Below are positions 9,732-18,857 of a stretch of DNA of 32,000 bases, piece after piece. The stretch is from Nitrosopumilaceae archaeon (lineage in GTDB: Archaea > Thermoproteota > Nitrososphaeria > Nitrososphaerales > Nitrosopumilaceae): positions 9,051 through 41,050 of the forward strand of contig DATKYM010000042.1 of the NCBI GenBank assembly GCA_035528495.1, read 5' to 3'. Positions within the stretch are counted from its first letter, which is position 1. The number at the start of each line of letters is the position of its first letter. Under the pieces are notes generated by a model, which was not told the origin of the DNA, ran no database searches, and worked only from the letters and a program-made list of their open reading frames with translations. The translations under genes and the position numbers were made by a program.

Positions 9732-10606
9732 TATTTTATTGCCTTTGCAATTGTGCTTGAAATATCTACAATAGATGTTTTACCTGGTATAGAATTACTA
9801 CTAATAATTTTTGCAACTCCAGAAATTTTCATTTTCTTTTCTGCATCATTTACTAGTAAAGCATGTGTACAGGCAACAAACACTTGGTTACATTTTTGTT
9901 TTTTAAGAAATTTAGTAGCTTTGATTATACTTCCGCCTGTACTAATCATATCATCTACTAAAATCACATCTCTACCTATTACTTTATCTAGGCCTTCAGT
10001 TTTAATTTCAACTTTACCAGTTTTACGATCGCGTTTTTTTTCCAGTGTAATATACTCTGATCCAAAATTATTGGCAAATTCTCTCGCTCTTTCTTTTCCA
10101 CCTTGATCAGGAGAAACAACTAATGGATTTTTTAGTTTAACATTTTTGAAATATCTTACCAAATCTGGAATGGCAGATATATTTTCAGTTTTGATTTTAA
10201 AGTGTTTTAGTCCCATTTTACTATGAATATCAACAACTATTATTTTTGAGGCACCTGCACCCTTGAACAATTGTCCAAGGACCTTCATTGTTACAATTTC
10301 TCCAGGTAAAAATTCCCTATCTTGTCTCGCATATCCCATGTAAGGAATCACCACAATTACTTCAGTAGAATAATCTCTTGCCTTTGAGACTAGAGATAAT
10401 GCCTGAATAAGATTTGAATCTACTGGCGGATATATTGATTGAACTACGATAGTTTTGTCCTTTGAGAGTTTTCCTTTGAGAGTGATTTTATTTTCTCCGT
10501 CTGGAAATATTTTTACTTCTGAATTTACAAAGTTTGCTTTAAGTTTTTTTGATATTTTTTTAGCTAAATTTTCTGAAGAATTACCTGCAATAAGATTAAT
10601 CAACAT
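9731..10606 (-). CDS. prs: Ribose-phosphate pyrophosphokinase (PRPP synthetase)
   Basis: YARQDR, VVDIHS and the PRPP-binding loop ILVDDMISTGGSI. The stop overlaps the downstream start as TAATG. Confidence 0.9.
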   Translation of the reverse strand: MLINLIAGNSSENLAKKISKKLKANFVNSEVKIFPDGENKITLKGKLSKDKTIVVQSIYPPVDSNLIQALSLVSKARDYSTEVIVVIPYMGYARQDREFLPGEIVTMKVLGQLFKGAGASKIIVVDIHSKMGLKHFKIKTENISAIPDLVRYFKNVKLKNPLVVSPDQGGKERAREFANNFGSEYITLEKKRDRKTGKVEIKTEGLDKVIGRDVILVDDMISTGGSIIKATKFLKKQKCNQVFVACTHALLVNDAEKKMKISGVAKIISSNSIPGKTSIVDISSTIAKAIK

Positions 10607-10650
10607 ATGATCGTGTAGACAGGGGATTCTTAAGTTTTGAGAAAAGAAAT

Positions 10651-12384
10651 CTATTCATCTCCCCCTCCACGACCAATGTCTCCCATACCAAATTCATCTA
10701 CAACTTTATTTCTATCCTGTTCCTTTTGATTAATTTCTTCGTATTCCTTCTTTTCATCTCCTTGGTAAATAGTTCTAATTGGCCATGGAATTCTAATATC
10801 ATACTTTTTAAATTCTTCATACATGATCATTCTTAGATCTGTTTTTGTTTTGAATTGTGCCCCATAATCTTTAACGTAAATCCACATTGTAAAATCTAAA
10901 GCAGAGTCATTAAATTCATTAAATCTAACAACAGGCTGAGAAATATCGACCTGAAGATCCTTGTCACATCCACAGCTTGGTTTATTTTTGTCTAGATATG
11001 GACATCTGGTTTGTCTAACTAGGTGTCTTCCTTTAGTGTCAACAATTTCCTTCATACCCCGCTTTCCAATTTTAACAAGAATAGATGCAACTTGTTTGGG
11101 ATTGTTCAGATATGAAACCCCAACCTTTACGATAGCTGGTACCAATTTATTTTCCTTAGTATAGTTTATAATTTGAGCAGTAACCAAGTGCCTTGTTGGT
11201 ATTATAGCAATGGATTCGTGCATTGCATCCCTGACATAGGTAACTCTGGGCGTGATTTTGTGCACATATCCATTATACCCAGTGTCAAGTTTGATTCTGT
11301 CGCCCTCTTGAAAAATCTTATCTTTTCTAATTAGCAAATATGCAAAATAATTTTGCATCGTTTCTTGTAAAGCTAAACCTATACCAATTGCAAATCCACC
11401 TGTCGCAGTAGCCAATACAAACAGATCAACTCCCCACCATGCAACTACTCCCAGAATAGTTGCTACAAAAATTCCAATTGGTAAAACCTGCTTTGTTGAT
11501 TTTGGTAGACCTTCTCTTTGTTTTTTTGCATAACCTGGAGGTCTTGAACTAGGAATAAGTGGTTCAAAATTGTGAATTCTCTTTTCTTCTCTCCAAACAT
11601 CGATTGGAAAAATTTCATCTGGCTTGGTACCAGGCTTTAATTTTCTTCCAGATTGATTATTTCCAGTTATACAATTTTTAAAATATTTTTGATATTTTAC
11701 TCTCTCTGATTGCTTCCATTCCTCAAATGGATCTTTAACTAATTTTTCATAACTACCAATTGGATTGCCTTTGGTAGTGCGAAATTCTTCAAGATATTGT
11801 AAACCTTCTTTAGTTTTTAGATGATTTTGAAATTCGTCTTCAGGTATTTCATCTATAGTAACTTTAGGTGGCATCCATTTGTACAATTTATGGAACAAAC
11901 CTCCCTCATCATCAGAAAATCCTCGATAATCAAACCAAGCATCAAAATCATTTTTTTCAAGATTAGATTTGTCTCGTTTGGTAAGAGCAATGGGAATTAG
12001 ATGAGAAATAGTGTATCCTATTACCAAAATGTTAAAGGTATTGAGAATTTTTGCAAAAGTTGCCTGAGGAGTTAATTCATTATCAACTATTGTTTCTTGG
12101 TCAAACAAACCAGATGTTTGCATGTAGGCATTAGTTGATGAGATAAGTGCAATTGCAAAAAACGGTAAAACAGCCCTACGGATAAATCTGGATAGATGTG
12201 GTCTGGTATAGTATATTTTATGAGATTTTACAAAATTAGAAAATTTGCTATATGCTAATGCAATGATAATAATGCCCACAATCATTACAATAAATGCAAA
12301 TTGTAATGGCTCAGAGGAGGCTAATAATTGTGATACGGTATCAAACTCACCAATTGAAATTTGTGAAATTTCTTCTTCTGCCAT
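10651..12384 (-). CDS. Mechanosensitive ion channel, MscS family (large variant)
   Basis: 577 aa. N-terminal TM helices, a long soluble insert, pore-like TM GGFAIGIGLALQETMQNYFAYLLI followed by the beta-domain FQEGDRIKLDTGYNGYVHKITPRVTYV. Confidence 0.75.
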   Translation of the reverse strand: MAEEEISQISIGEFDTVSQLLASSEPLQFAFIVMIVGIIIIALAYSKFSNFVKSHKIYYTRPHLSRFIRRAVLPFFAIALISSTNAYMQTSGLFDQETIVDNELTPQATFAKILNTFNILVIGYTISHLIPIALTKRDKSNLEKNDFDAWFDYRGFSDDEGGLFHKLYKWMPPKVTIDEIPEDEFQNHLKTKEGLQYLEEFRTTKGNPIGSYEKLVKDPFEEWKQSERVKYQKYFKNCITGNNQSGRKLKPGTKPDEIFPIDVWREEKRIHNFEPLIPSSRPPGYAKKQREGLPKSTKQVLPIGIFVATILGVVAWWGVDLFVLATATGGFAIGIGLALQETMQNYFAYLLIRKDKIFQEGDRIKLDTGYNGYVHKITPRVTYVRDAMHESIAIIPTRHLVTAQIINYTKENKLVPAIVKVGVSYLNNPKQVASILVKIGKRGMKEIVDTKGRHLVRQTRCPYLDKNKPSCGCDKDLQVDISQPVVRFNEFNDSALDFTMWIYVKDYGAQFKTKTDLRMIMYEEFKKYDIRIPWPIRTIYQGDEKKEYEEINQKEQDRNKVVDEFGMGDIGRGGGDE

Positions 12385-12427
12385 CTTTTTCCCCTCCTAA
12401 TTTGTTTAGTTTTCTAGAATACAAAGG

Positions 12428-13909
12428 TTGAGTATTAATACCATTTCTTGTAGTAAATTTTATCAAAAATTTCTGTCTTTTTCATCTATTTTCAAGCCTA
12501 AAAATTATGTAACCTTTAACAAGGGGAAATTGGTATTGTACAAAGTGACTTATCAAGAGACGGCGTGGGGCGAATCTCCTTCTCTAAAGTCGTACACATT
12601 AGCAAATTTTCGCGATATTCCACAAATACAAAAACTTTCTGAGCAAACACAATTTGACATGGAAGTTGTAGGAAATGTTTTACCGTTTAAAGCCAATAAT
12701 TATGTAGTTGAGCAATTAATTGATTGGAATAAAATACCTGATGATCCAATGTTTGTTCTAACATTTCCACAAAAAGGAATGCTTTTACCCCAACATTTTG
12801 AAAAAATGTCAACTGCACTTAAAAATAATTCTGATAAAAAAGAGATTGCAAATATTGCAAACGAAATTCGGTTACAACTAAATCCTCATCCAGCAGGTCA
12901 GATGGAGCTAAATGTTCCAACCTTAAATGATGGGACAAAATTGTATGGAATGCAACATAAATACAAAGAAACATGTTTGTTTTTCCCAAGTCAAAGTCAA
13001 ACCTGTCATGCATATTGCAGTTTTTGTTTTAGATGGCCACAATTTGTTGGAATGGATGAAATGAAATTTGCAATGAAAGAAGGTGAACAACTTGTTCAAT
13101 ATCTAATTGAACACCCAGAAATTTCTGATGTACTTTTTACAGGAGGTGATCCGATGATTATGAAGGCTAAAATATTTTCAAAATACATTGAAACTCTAAT
13201 TGATGCAAAACTTCCAAATTTAAAGACAATTAGAATAGGAACCAAGTCACTTTCTTATTGGCCATACAAATTCCTAACAGATGACGACTCTAATCAAATG
13301 TTAGATATTTTTAAAAGCATCACCAAAAATGGTCTTCATCTTGCATTTATGGCACATTTTAATCATTTAACTGAATTGTCAACTAATTCTGTAAAACGAG
13401 CAATTCAAGAAGTACGAGCCACAGGAGCTCAGATTAGAACACAATCACCACTTTTGGCCCACATTAATGATGATGCAGATATGTGGGCAAAAATGTGGAC
13501 ACAACAGGTTCAACTAGGATGTATTCCTTACTACATGTTTGTTGTAAGGGACACTGGTGCTCAGCATTATTTTGGAATTTCACTAGCAAAGGCCCAAGAA
13601 ATTTTCCGAAATGCCTACAAAAAAGTTACTGGTCTTGCAAGAACTGTCAGAGGCCCTAGCATGTCAGCTACTCCTGGCAAAGTTCAGGTATTAGGTGTAG
13701 TTACAATCATGGGAGAAAAGGTGTTTGCCTTGCGTTTCTTGCAAGGAAGGAATCCTGAGTGGGTTCAAAGACCATTTTTTGCAAAATATGATGAAAATGC
13801 CATATGGTTAAATGAACTAAAACCGGCGTTTGAAGAAAAATTCTTCTTTGAAGAGGAATTAAACAAGATCCAAAAAATAAAATCTTATGAAGATTATCCA
13901 GAATCTTAA
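12428..13909 (+). CDS. KamA-family radical SAM aminomutase (lysine/glutamate 2,3-aminomutase-like)
   Basis: CxxxCxxC cluster CHAYCSFCFR, then FTGGDP and SATPGKVQV (candidate PLP lysine). Start is uncertain: TTG 12428 is only 43 nt from the divergent mscS start, and in-frame GTG 12545 is an alternative. Confidence 0.8.
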   Translation: MSINTISCSKFYQKFLSFSSIFKPKNYVTFNKGKLVLYKVTYQETAWGESPSLKSYTLANFRDIPQIQKLSEQTQFDMEVVGNVLPFKANNYVVEQLIDWNKIPDDPMFVLTFPQKGMLLPQHFEKMSTALKNNSDKKEIANIANEIRLQLNPHPAGQMELNVPTLNDGTKLYGMQHKYKETCLFFPSQSQTCHAYCSFCFRWPQFVGMDEMKFAMKEGEQLVQYLIEHPEISDVLFTGGDPMIMKAKIFSKYIETLIDAKLPNLKTIRIGTKSLSYWPYKFLTDDDSNQMLDIFKSITKNGLHLAFMAHFNHLTELSTNSVKRAIQEVRATGAQIRTQSPLLAHINDDADMWAKMWTQQVQLGCIPYYMFVVRDTGAQHYFGISLAKAQEIFRNAYKKVTGLARTVRGPSMSATPGKVQVLGVVTIMGEKVFALRFLQGRNPEWVQRPFFAKYDENAIWLNELKPAFEEKFFFEEELNKIQKIKSYEDYPES

Positions 13910-13981
13910 GTTTTACCTTACCCTTTAGGCAAAAGAATCTTACAAACTAACATTAGTAAAATGATATGCTAAAAAATTTAA

Positions 13982-15427
13982 TTGAACGCTGATCAGGTAT
14001 TACAATCTTTGAAAGATGATGATATTGCGTATGTAAATCTCTGGTTTGTTGATATGTTTGGAGAATTACATAGACTTGGAATGCCAAGTTATGCAATTGA
14101 TAAACAAAGCTTTGAACATGGATTAGAAAAATTAGATGCAAGCTCCATTGTTGGATTCAAATCTGTGAATAATTCTGACATGATTCTAAAACCAGATCCA
14201 AAATCTTTTAGAATTTTACCTAGTGACTATGACCCAGGAAACAGAAAAAACTGTATATTGTTTTGTGATCTTTATGAAGGAAATACTATAGAAGAAACAA
14301 GATATAATCGAGATTCAAGAGGAATTGCTTTCAAAGCTTCTGAACAATTAAAGAATTTTGGTATAACACACACTAACTGGGGACCTGAAATTGAATTTTT
14401 TGTATTTGATAGCATTAACGTTTATCCATCACCGTATGCTGCTACTCACTCAGGTGGAGGATCGGGGTATTCTATTGAATCAAAAGAATCGCCTTGGGCA
14501 AAAGGAAACGTTAGTACTGCAATTGATATTAAAGAAGGATATTACCCAGCCCAACCAAAAGATACGCTTGAAACTTTTAGAAAAGATGTTTGTGATGATC
14601 TTTATAATAACTTTGGAATAAAAGTAGAGGCAGAACACCACGAGGTTGCAACCTCAGGACAATGTGAGATTAATCTTGTTTATGATGAAATGATGACTAT
14701 GGCAGATAGTGTTGTGGCTGTAAAAAATATTGTTAAAGTCAAGGCCAAGCGAAAAAATAAAGTGGCGACTTTTATGCCAAAACCAATTTTTGGTGATAAT
14801 GCCTCTGCCATGCATACCCATCAAAGTTTATGGGATGATAAGATCAATGTTATGTTTGATCCTGATGATAGTGTTGCTCAAATGAGCCAAATTGGAAGAT
14901 ATTACATTGGAGGAATTTTATCACATGCACGGGCACTTTGCGCAATTACAAATCCCACAACTAATTCCTATAAACGACTGGTTCCTGGATTTGAAGCACC
15001 AGTGAATGTGTGTTGGGGTATGGGAAATCGTTCTGCTGCAATTCGTATTCCAATGTATTATAGAAATCAAGAAAAAAGTAAAAGAATAGAATATCGTGTA
15101 CCTGATCCTACTGCAAACATTTACCTTCTCGAAGCTGCTTTATTATTGGCTGGATTAGATGGGATAAAAAATAAAATTGATCCAGGAGATCCTGTTGAAG
15201 AAAATGTTTACAAATTAAGTGCAGAGAAAAAAAGAGAATATAAAATAGGATCACTTCCAGTTTCGTTAAAAGGAGCACTTGATTCATTGAATAGTGATCA
15301 GTCATTCTTAGAAGAAGTATTCACAAAAGATTTTCTAGAGAAATATTCAGAATTAAAATACAAAGAATACACAGCATTTGCACAGACCCCAACTGCATGG
15401 GAAGTTTCAATGTATGCTGATGCCTAA
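13982..15427 (+). CDS. glnA: Glutamine synthetase, type I
   Basis: N-terminal beta-grasp VNLWFVDMFGELH. Catalytic motifs KPIFGDNASAMHTHQSL, NPTTNSYKRLVPGFEAP and RIEYRVPDPTANIYL. TTG start. Confidence 0.92.
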   Translation: MNADQVLQSLKDDDIAYVNLWFVDMFGELHRLGMPSYAIDKQSFEHGLEKLDASSIVGFKSVNNSDMILKPDPKSFRILPSDYDPGNRKNCILFCDLYEGNTIEETRYNRDSRGIAFKASEQLKNFGITHTNWGPEIEFFVFDSINVYPSPYAATHSGGGSGYSIESKESPWAKGNVSTAIDIKEGYYPAQPKDTLETFRKDVCDDLYNNFGIKVEAEHHEVATSGQCEINLVYDEMMTMADSVVAVKNIVKVKAKRKNKVATFMPKPIFGDNASAMHTHQSLWDDKINVMFDPDDSVAQMSQIGRYYIGGILSHARALCAITNPTTNSYKRLVPGFEAPVNVCWGMGNRSAAIRIPMYYRNQEKSKRIEYRVPDPTANIYLLEAALLLAGLDGIKNKIDPGDPVEENVYKLSAEKKREYKIGSLPVSLKGALDSLNSDQSFLEEVFTKDFLEKYSELKYKEYTAFAQTPTAWEVSMYADA

Positions 15428-15526
15428 AGTTTTTGATCAAACCATACACCAAAAAATATCTATGACAAATTTCATTTAGAGAAAAATGCTAAAACATTTT
15501 TAACTTTAAAATTGACTAGCTAATTA

Positions 15527-16168
15527 TTGAATTTTAGATATTTAGCATTGTTTTTACTATTAATCCCTGGATTTTTTGGTAATGTATTTGGCCATACTAT
15601 TGATTCAGTAGGTGATTATAGATTAGAGATTGGCTGGATGAATGAGCCGGTAGTGTCTGGTGAGACTAATGGAATTGAACTATTTGTTAGTCCTTTGGAA
15701 TCTGGATTGTCTTTAGAGGAACAAGAATTCAAAAATGGAGTACTTGGACTTGAAAAATCTTTGAAAATGCAATTAATTTTGGCAGACCATAAAATTACTC
15801 TTCCATTCTCAGAAGATCATGATATTCCTGGAAAATATTATGCCTTTGTAAATCCAACCGTAGCAGGATATTATCAAGCAAACATTCTAGGAAATATTGG
15901 TGATACCACTGTCAGTCTATCAATGCATCCACCCAAAGTAGATGAAAGGTCATACATTGAATTTCCTGAGTCATCTGATTTGACATTGAATCAGCTAATA
16001 GATGGACATACTGCAGTTGTGGGAGAAGTAAATGATTTGAAAGAATCAGTAAATGAACTTGAAAAACAAAATCAACAAATGAGTATTGGATACATTGGAA
16101 TAGGATTGGGAATAATAGCAATTATTATTGCATTATTAGCACTTGGTAGAAAAAGGAAGAATTTTTAA
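15527..16168 (+). CDS. Secreted, C-terminally membrane-anchored protein of unknown function
   Basis: TTG start. Signal peptide MNFRYLALFLLLIPGFFGNVFG|HTID, beta-rich ectodomain, short coiled-coil-like segment, TM anchor IGIGLGIIAIIIALLALGRKRKNF. Confidence 0.7.
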   Translation: MNFRYLALFLLLIPGFFGNVFGHTIDSVGDYRLEIGWMNEPVVSGETNGIELFVSPLESGLSLEEQEFKNGVLGLEKSLKMQLILADHKITLPFSEDHDIPGKYYAFVNPTVAGYYQANILGNIGDTTVSLSMHPPKVDERSYIEFPESSDLTLNQLIDGHTAVVGEVNDLKESVNELEKQNQQMSIGYIGIGLGIIAIIIALLALGRKRKNF

Positions 16169-16190
16169 CTCACACTAAAAATTTACCGTT

Positions 16191-17039
16191 TTAATACATT
16201 TCTTGATATCTTAATTTTAGTTGTTCATGAGGCATTACGTAGGAAAATGCCCTTACAATGTCTGTTTTACTTATCAACCCTACCAGATTTTGATTAGAAT
16301 CTAATATAGGGATTCCACTAATTTTGTACTTTATCATTAGACTTGCAGCTTTTGCCAAATCTTCATTTTCTCCAATGGTTACAAGACTATCTTCAAGTAA
16401 ATCATTTACAATAACTTCCTTATCTAATGGAAGCAAATAATCTCGTGAACGTGTTTGACCTCTTGTAAAATAATCACTATGATTCAATAATGTACTAGTT
16501 GTAATTAGTCCAATAGCTAATCCTGTGCCATCAGTTACTACCAATTTGGAGACTTTATTATTATTCATTAAACTTAATACAAATTTTAAAGAATCTGATT
16601 TTCTGCAGGTAACTATTTTTTTGCTCATAAAATCTTTTACTAGATATTTGCCACCAAAAACATTGGCATACGTTTTAACTAAATCTGTTCTTGAAATTAT
16701 TCCTGATAAATCTCCATTCTTATCTACAAGTATTACTGAACCAATTTTCAAATTTTCCATTTTAGAAGCACATTGATAATAGTCATCTTCCAATCCATCA
16801 GAAATTAATACGATATTTTTTTGCATAAGGTGTTTTATTGGTATCTCATCAACGGCCCTTGCCGTTTTATCTTCTTCAAGAAATTTATTGATATCTCGTT
16901 CTGTAATGATTCCCAATGGTTTAGTTCCATCAGTAATCACCAATCGTTTTACAAATTTGAATTGCATTTTCTGCAATGCCTCAAAAACTGATGAATCAGG
17001 TTCTACCGAAATTACTGGTGAAGAAAACAACTTTTCCAT
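16191..17039 (-). CDS. CBS-domain protein (four tandem CBS motifs)
   Basis: Repeated hhhh-D-x-x-G-x-hhGhho-x-x-Dhh units: PLGIITERDINKF, LSGIISRTDLVKT, AIGLITTSTLLNH, LVGLISKTDIVRA. Confidence 0.85.
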   Translation of the reverse strand: MEKLFSSPVISVEPDSSVFEALQKMQFKFVKRLVITDGTKPLGIITERDINKFLEEDKTARAVDEIPIKHLMQKNIVLISDGLEDDYYQCASKMENLKIGSVILVDKNGDLSGIISRTDLVKTYANVFGGKYLVKDFMSKKIVTCRKSDSLKFVLSLMNNNKVSKLVVTDGTGLAIGLITTSTLLNHSDYFTRGQTRSRDYLLPLDKEVIVNDLLEDSLVTIGENEDLAKAASLMIKYKISGIPILDSNQNLVGLISKTDIVRAFSYVMPHEQLKLRYQEMY

Positions 17040-17118
17040 GTTTATCTAATCAATTTTTTGATTTAAAACAGATCACTGATTTTCAAATTTGATTTCAATA
17101 AAATGAAAGGAATAGGTT

Positions 17119-17451
17119 TTAGGAAATATTGGGAACTATTTCAATCTCAACATTACTGCCATTAAAGGATGTGGCAATAGCTTTTATCCTACTTTTGTAG
17201 AGGAAATATTTTTTACCATCATCACTGATGGACCCTGAAATTCCTAAAAGTTTGTTATCATGGAGAGTCTGTAATCTTCTATAGACTGTACTGATTGGAA
17301 TTTTGGTTTCAGCACTTATCTCCATAGCTGATTTTGACTTTTCCATGGCAATCTCTAAGATGGATCTACAATACTTGTCAGACATTACCTGAAGTATCGC
17401 ATCTTTTCTAGAATCATCTTCAACTTTTCTTCCTGAGATTAACGCTTGCAT
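17119..17451 (-). CDS. Winged helix-turn-helix transcriptional regulator (ArsR/TrmB-like)
   Basis: 110 aa. CRSILEIAMEKSKSAMEISAETKIPISTVYRRLQTLHDNKLL fits the ArsR-type recognition helix and wing. Confidence 0.7.
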   Translation of the reverse strand: MQALISGRKVEDDSRKDAILQVMSDKYCRSILEIAMEKSKSAMEISAETKIPISTVYRRLQTLHDNKLLGISGSISDDGKKYFLYKSRIKAIATSFNGSNVEIEIVPNIS

Positions 17452-17614
17452 GGCTAAATTTCCTTTACTTTCGATTTATTAGATCAGTATACTTTGCCAT
17501 GCAATGCACTCTGGTATTTAAAAAAGGCAGTTTTTCTGATTTTTAAACAAATCCTTCATATTTTGTGCAGAAAAAAAGTAGAAATAAAGTTATGATTCAA
17601 TTAAGCCAAGAATT

Positions 17615-18754
17615 GTGGTATGTATGGTAGAGAGTAACTATGACATATTGAACATAGTTGAGGGTTCTACAGAAAAGGAAATTAGAGATGGATTTAGACG
17701 ATTAGCTCTCCAATTTCACTCCGATAGAGGAGGAGACAATGAACAATTCATAAAAATTAAAGAAGCATATGAAGATCTAAAAATTGGCAAAAAATACCCC
17801 GAGACGAATATTGAAAAATTAAGAAAATCTAGGGTATACTCTGGAGATTCTGAAGAAGATATTAAAAGAAAAAATCGAATTTTAGGTCAAGAATTATCAA
17901 AAGAAATGCAAACAGCTCAAGATTGGGCCTTTGCTTTGAACACGTCCAACTTAACTGCCACTAGACTATTTGGATCTAAAACTTTAGGAGAAATAGAGCT
18001 TGAAAGAAAAGCAAACGGAGCTCTTTCGATAAAAGGAAATTTTATGGCAGGAGAATTATCTTATGATGGACCTATCGTAATGCAAGGGAATGTTACAAGT
18101 CCCTCATGGACAAAAGAATTTAGATCAATAATTCATCTTACTAGAGGAGATTTCAAATTTGTCAACCCAATTGAAAACAAGTACAAAATTGAGAATGGTG
18201 CACAAATAATCGTAGATAATGGAAATGCTGTGGTAGGAAATGTTTTTGGAAGAAAATACAAATTACAAGATCCAGAAGGTAGAGTTGGACTATATCTTTC
18301 GCAAGAACACAGGACACAAATTTTAGCACCTCGCGGGAAAATTATTCTAGAAAATGCGGTAAATACAGTCTCACTTGAAGCCGATACAATAATTGCGCTA
18401 AATCTTGAAGATGATATAAAAATCAAGGGTAGGGAAATACTACTTTATGGCAGCAAGGTAACATATGATGTCGTTATTGAATTAAAAAAAGAGGGAACAA
18501 TCAAATTTTTCGAGGATTTTTCAATTCAGGGAATTAGTAATGATGCAAAAATTAGAATGGAAAATGGCAAGGAAATTCGATTATTTGATCTTAAAACTAA
18601 AAAGATTAAGGATTTAGCAGATGAATTTGTACCCAACAAAAATAATTACCATAAAGATGACACAATGGTAGGAAAAGGCTTTACCATTACGTACCAAATG
18701 CTGGAGAATCTTGATAAAAAATCAAGCAAATCTAGGTGGAGATTTGGCTCTTAA
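17615..18754 (+). CDS. J-domain protein with HSD variant motif and C-terminal beta-helix-like (bactofilin-like) repeat region
   Basis: YDILNIVEGSTEKEIRDGFRRLALQFHSDRGG...FIKIKEAYEDL matches J-domain helices I-III. The C-terminal ~250 aa is rich in short G/N-punctuated beta-strand repeats. ATG at 17624 is an alternative start. Confidence 0.7.
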   Translation: MVCMVESNYDILNIVEGSTEKEIRDGFRRLALQFHSDRGGDNEQFIKIKEAYEDLKIGKKYPETNIEKLRKSRVYSGDSEEDIKRKNRILGQELSKEMQTAQDWAFALNTSNLTATRLFGSKTLGEIELERKANGALSIKGNFMAGELSYDGPIVMQGNVTSPSWTKEFRSIIHLTRGDFKFVNPIENKYKIENGAQIIVDNGNAVVGNVFGRKYKLQDPEGRVGLYLSQEHRTQILAPRGKIILENAVNTVSLEADTIIALNLEDDIKIKGREILLYGSKVTYDVVIELKKEGTIKFFEDFSIQGISNDAKIRMENGKEIRLFDLKTKKIKDLADEFVPNKNNYHKDDTMVGKGFTITYQMLENLDKKSSKSRWRFGS

Positions 18755-18857
18755 TCTTAAAATCGTAAAATTTTACCCCTTCTAGAATTAATCATTCTAA
18801 CTGACCTGGATATTTAACAAAGACTTGATATTCATATAAAATTATAGAATAGATGAA

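Noticed and set aside
12428-12544. N-terminal 39 codons of the KamA-family ORF as called from TTG 12428
   Set aside because: Not rejected as coding outright, but doubtful. This start leaves only 43 nt for two divergent promoters, and the segment is low-complexity (SFSSIFKPKNY). GTG 12545 may be the true start.
13953-14141. 62-aa minus-strand ORF overlapping the glnA start
   Set aside because: It is antisense to the conserved glnA N-terminus and promoter, and nothing independent supports it.
17452-17614. GCCATGCAATGCAC near-repeat and a 15-codon ORF in the ArsR-like/J-domain intergenic region
   Set aside because: The repeat is short and imperfect, and the ORF is too short with no supporting signal.
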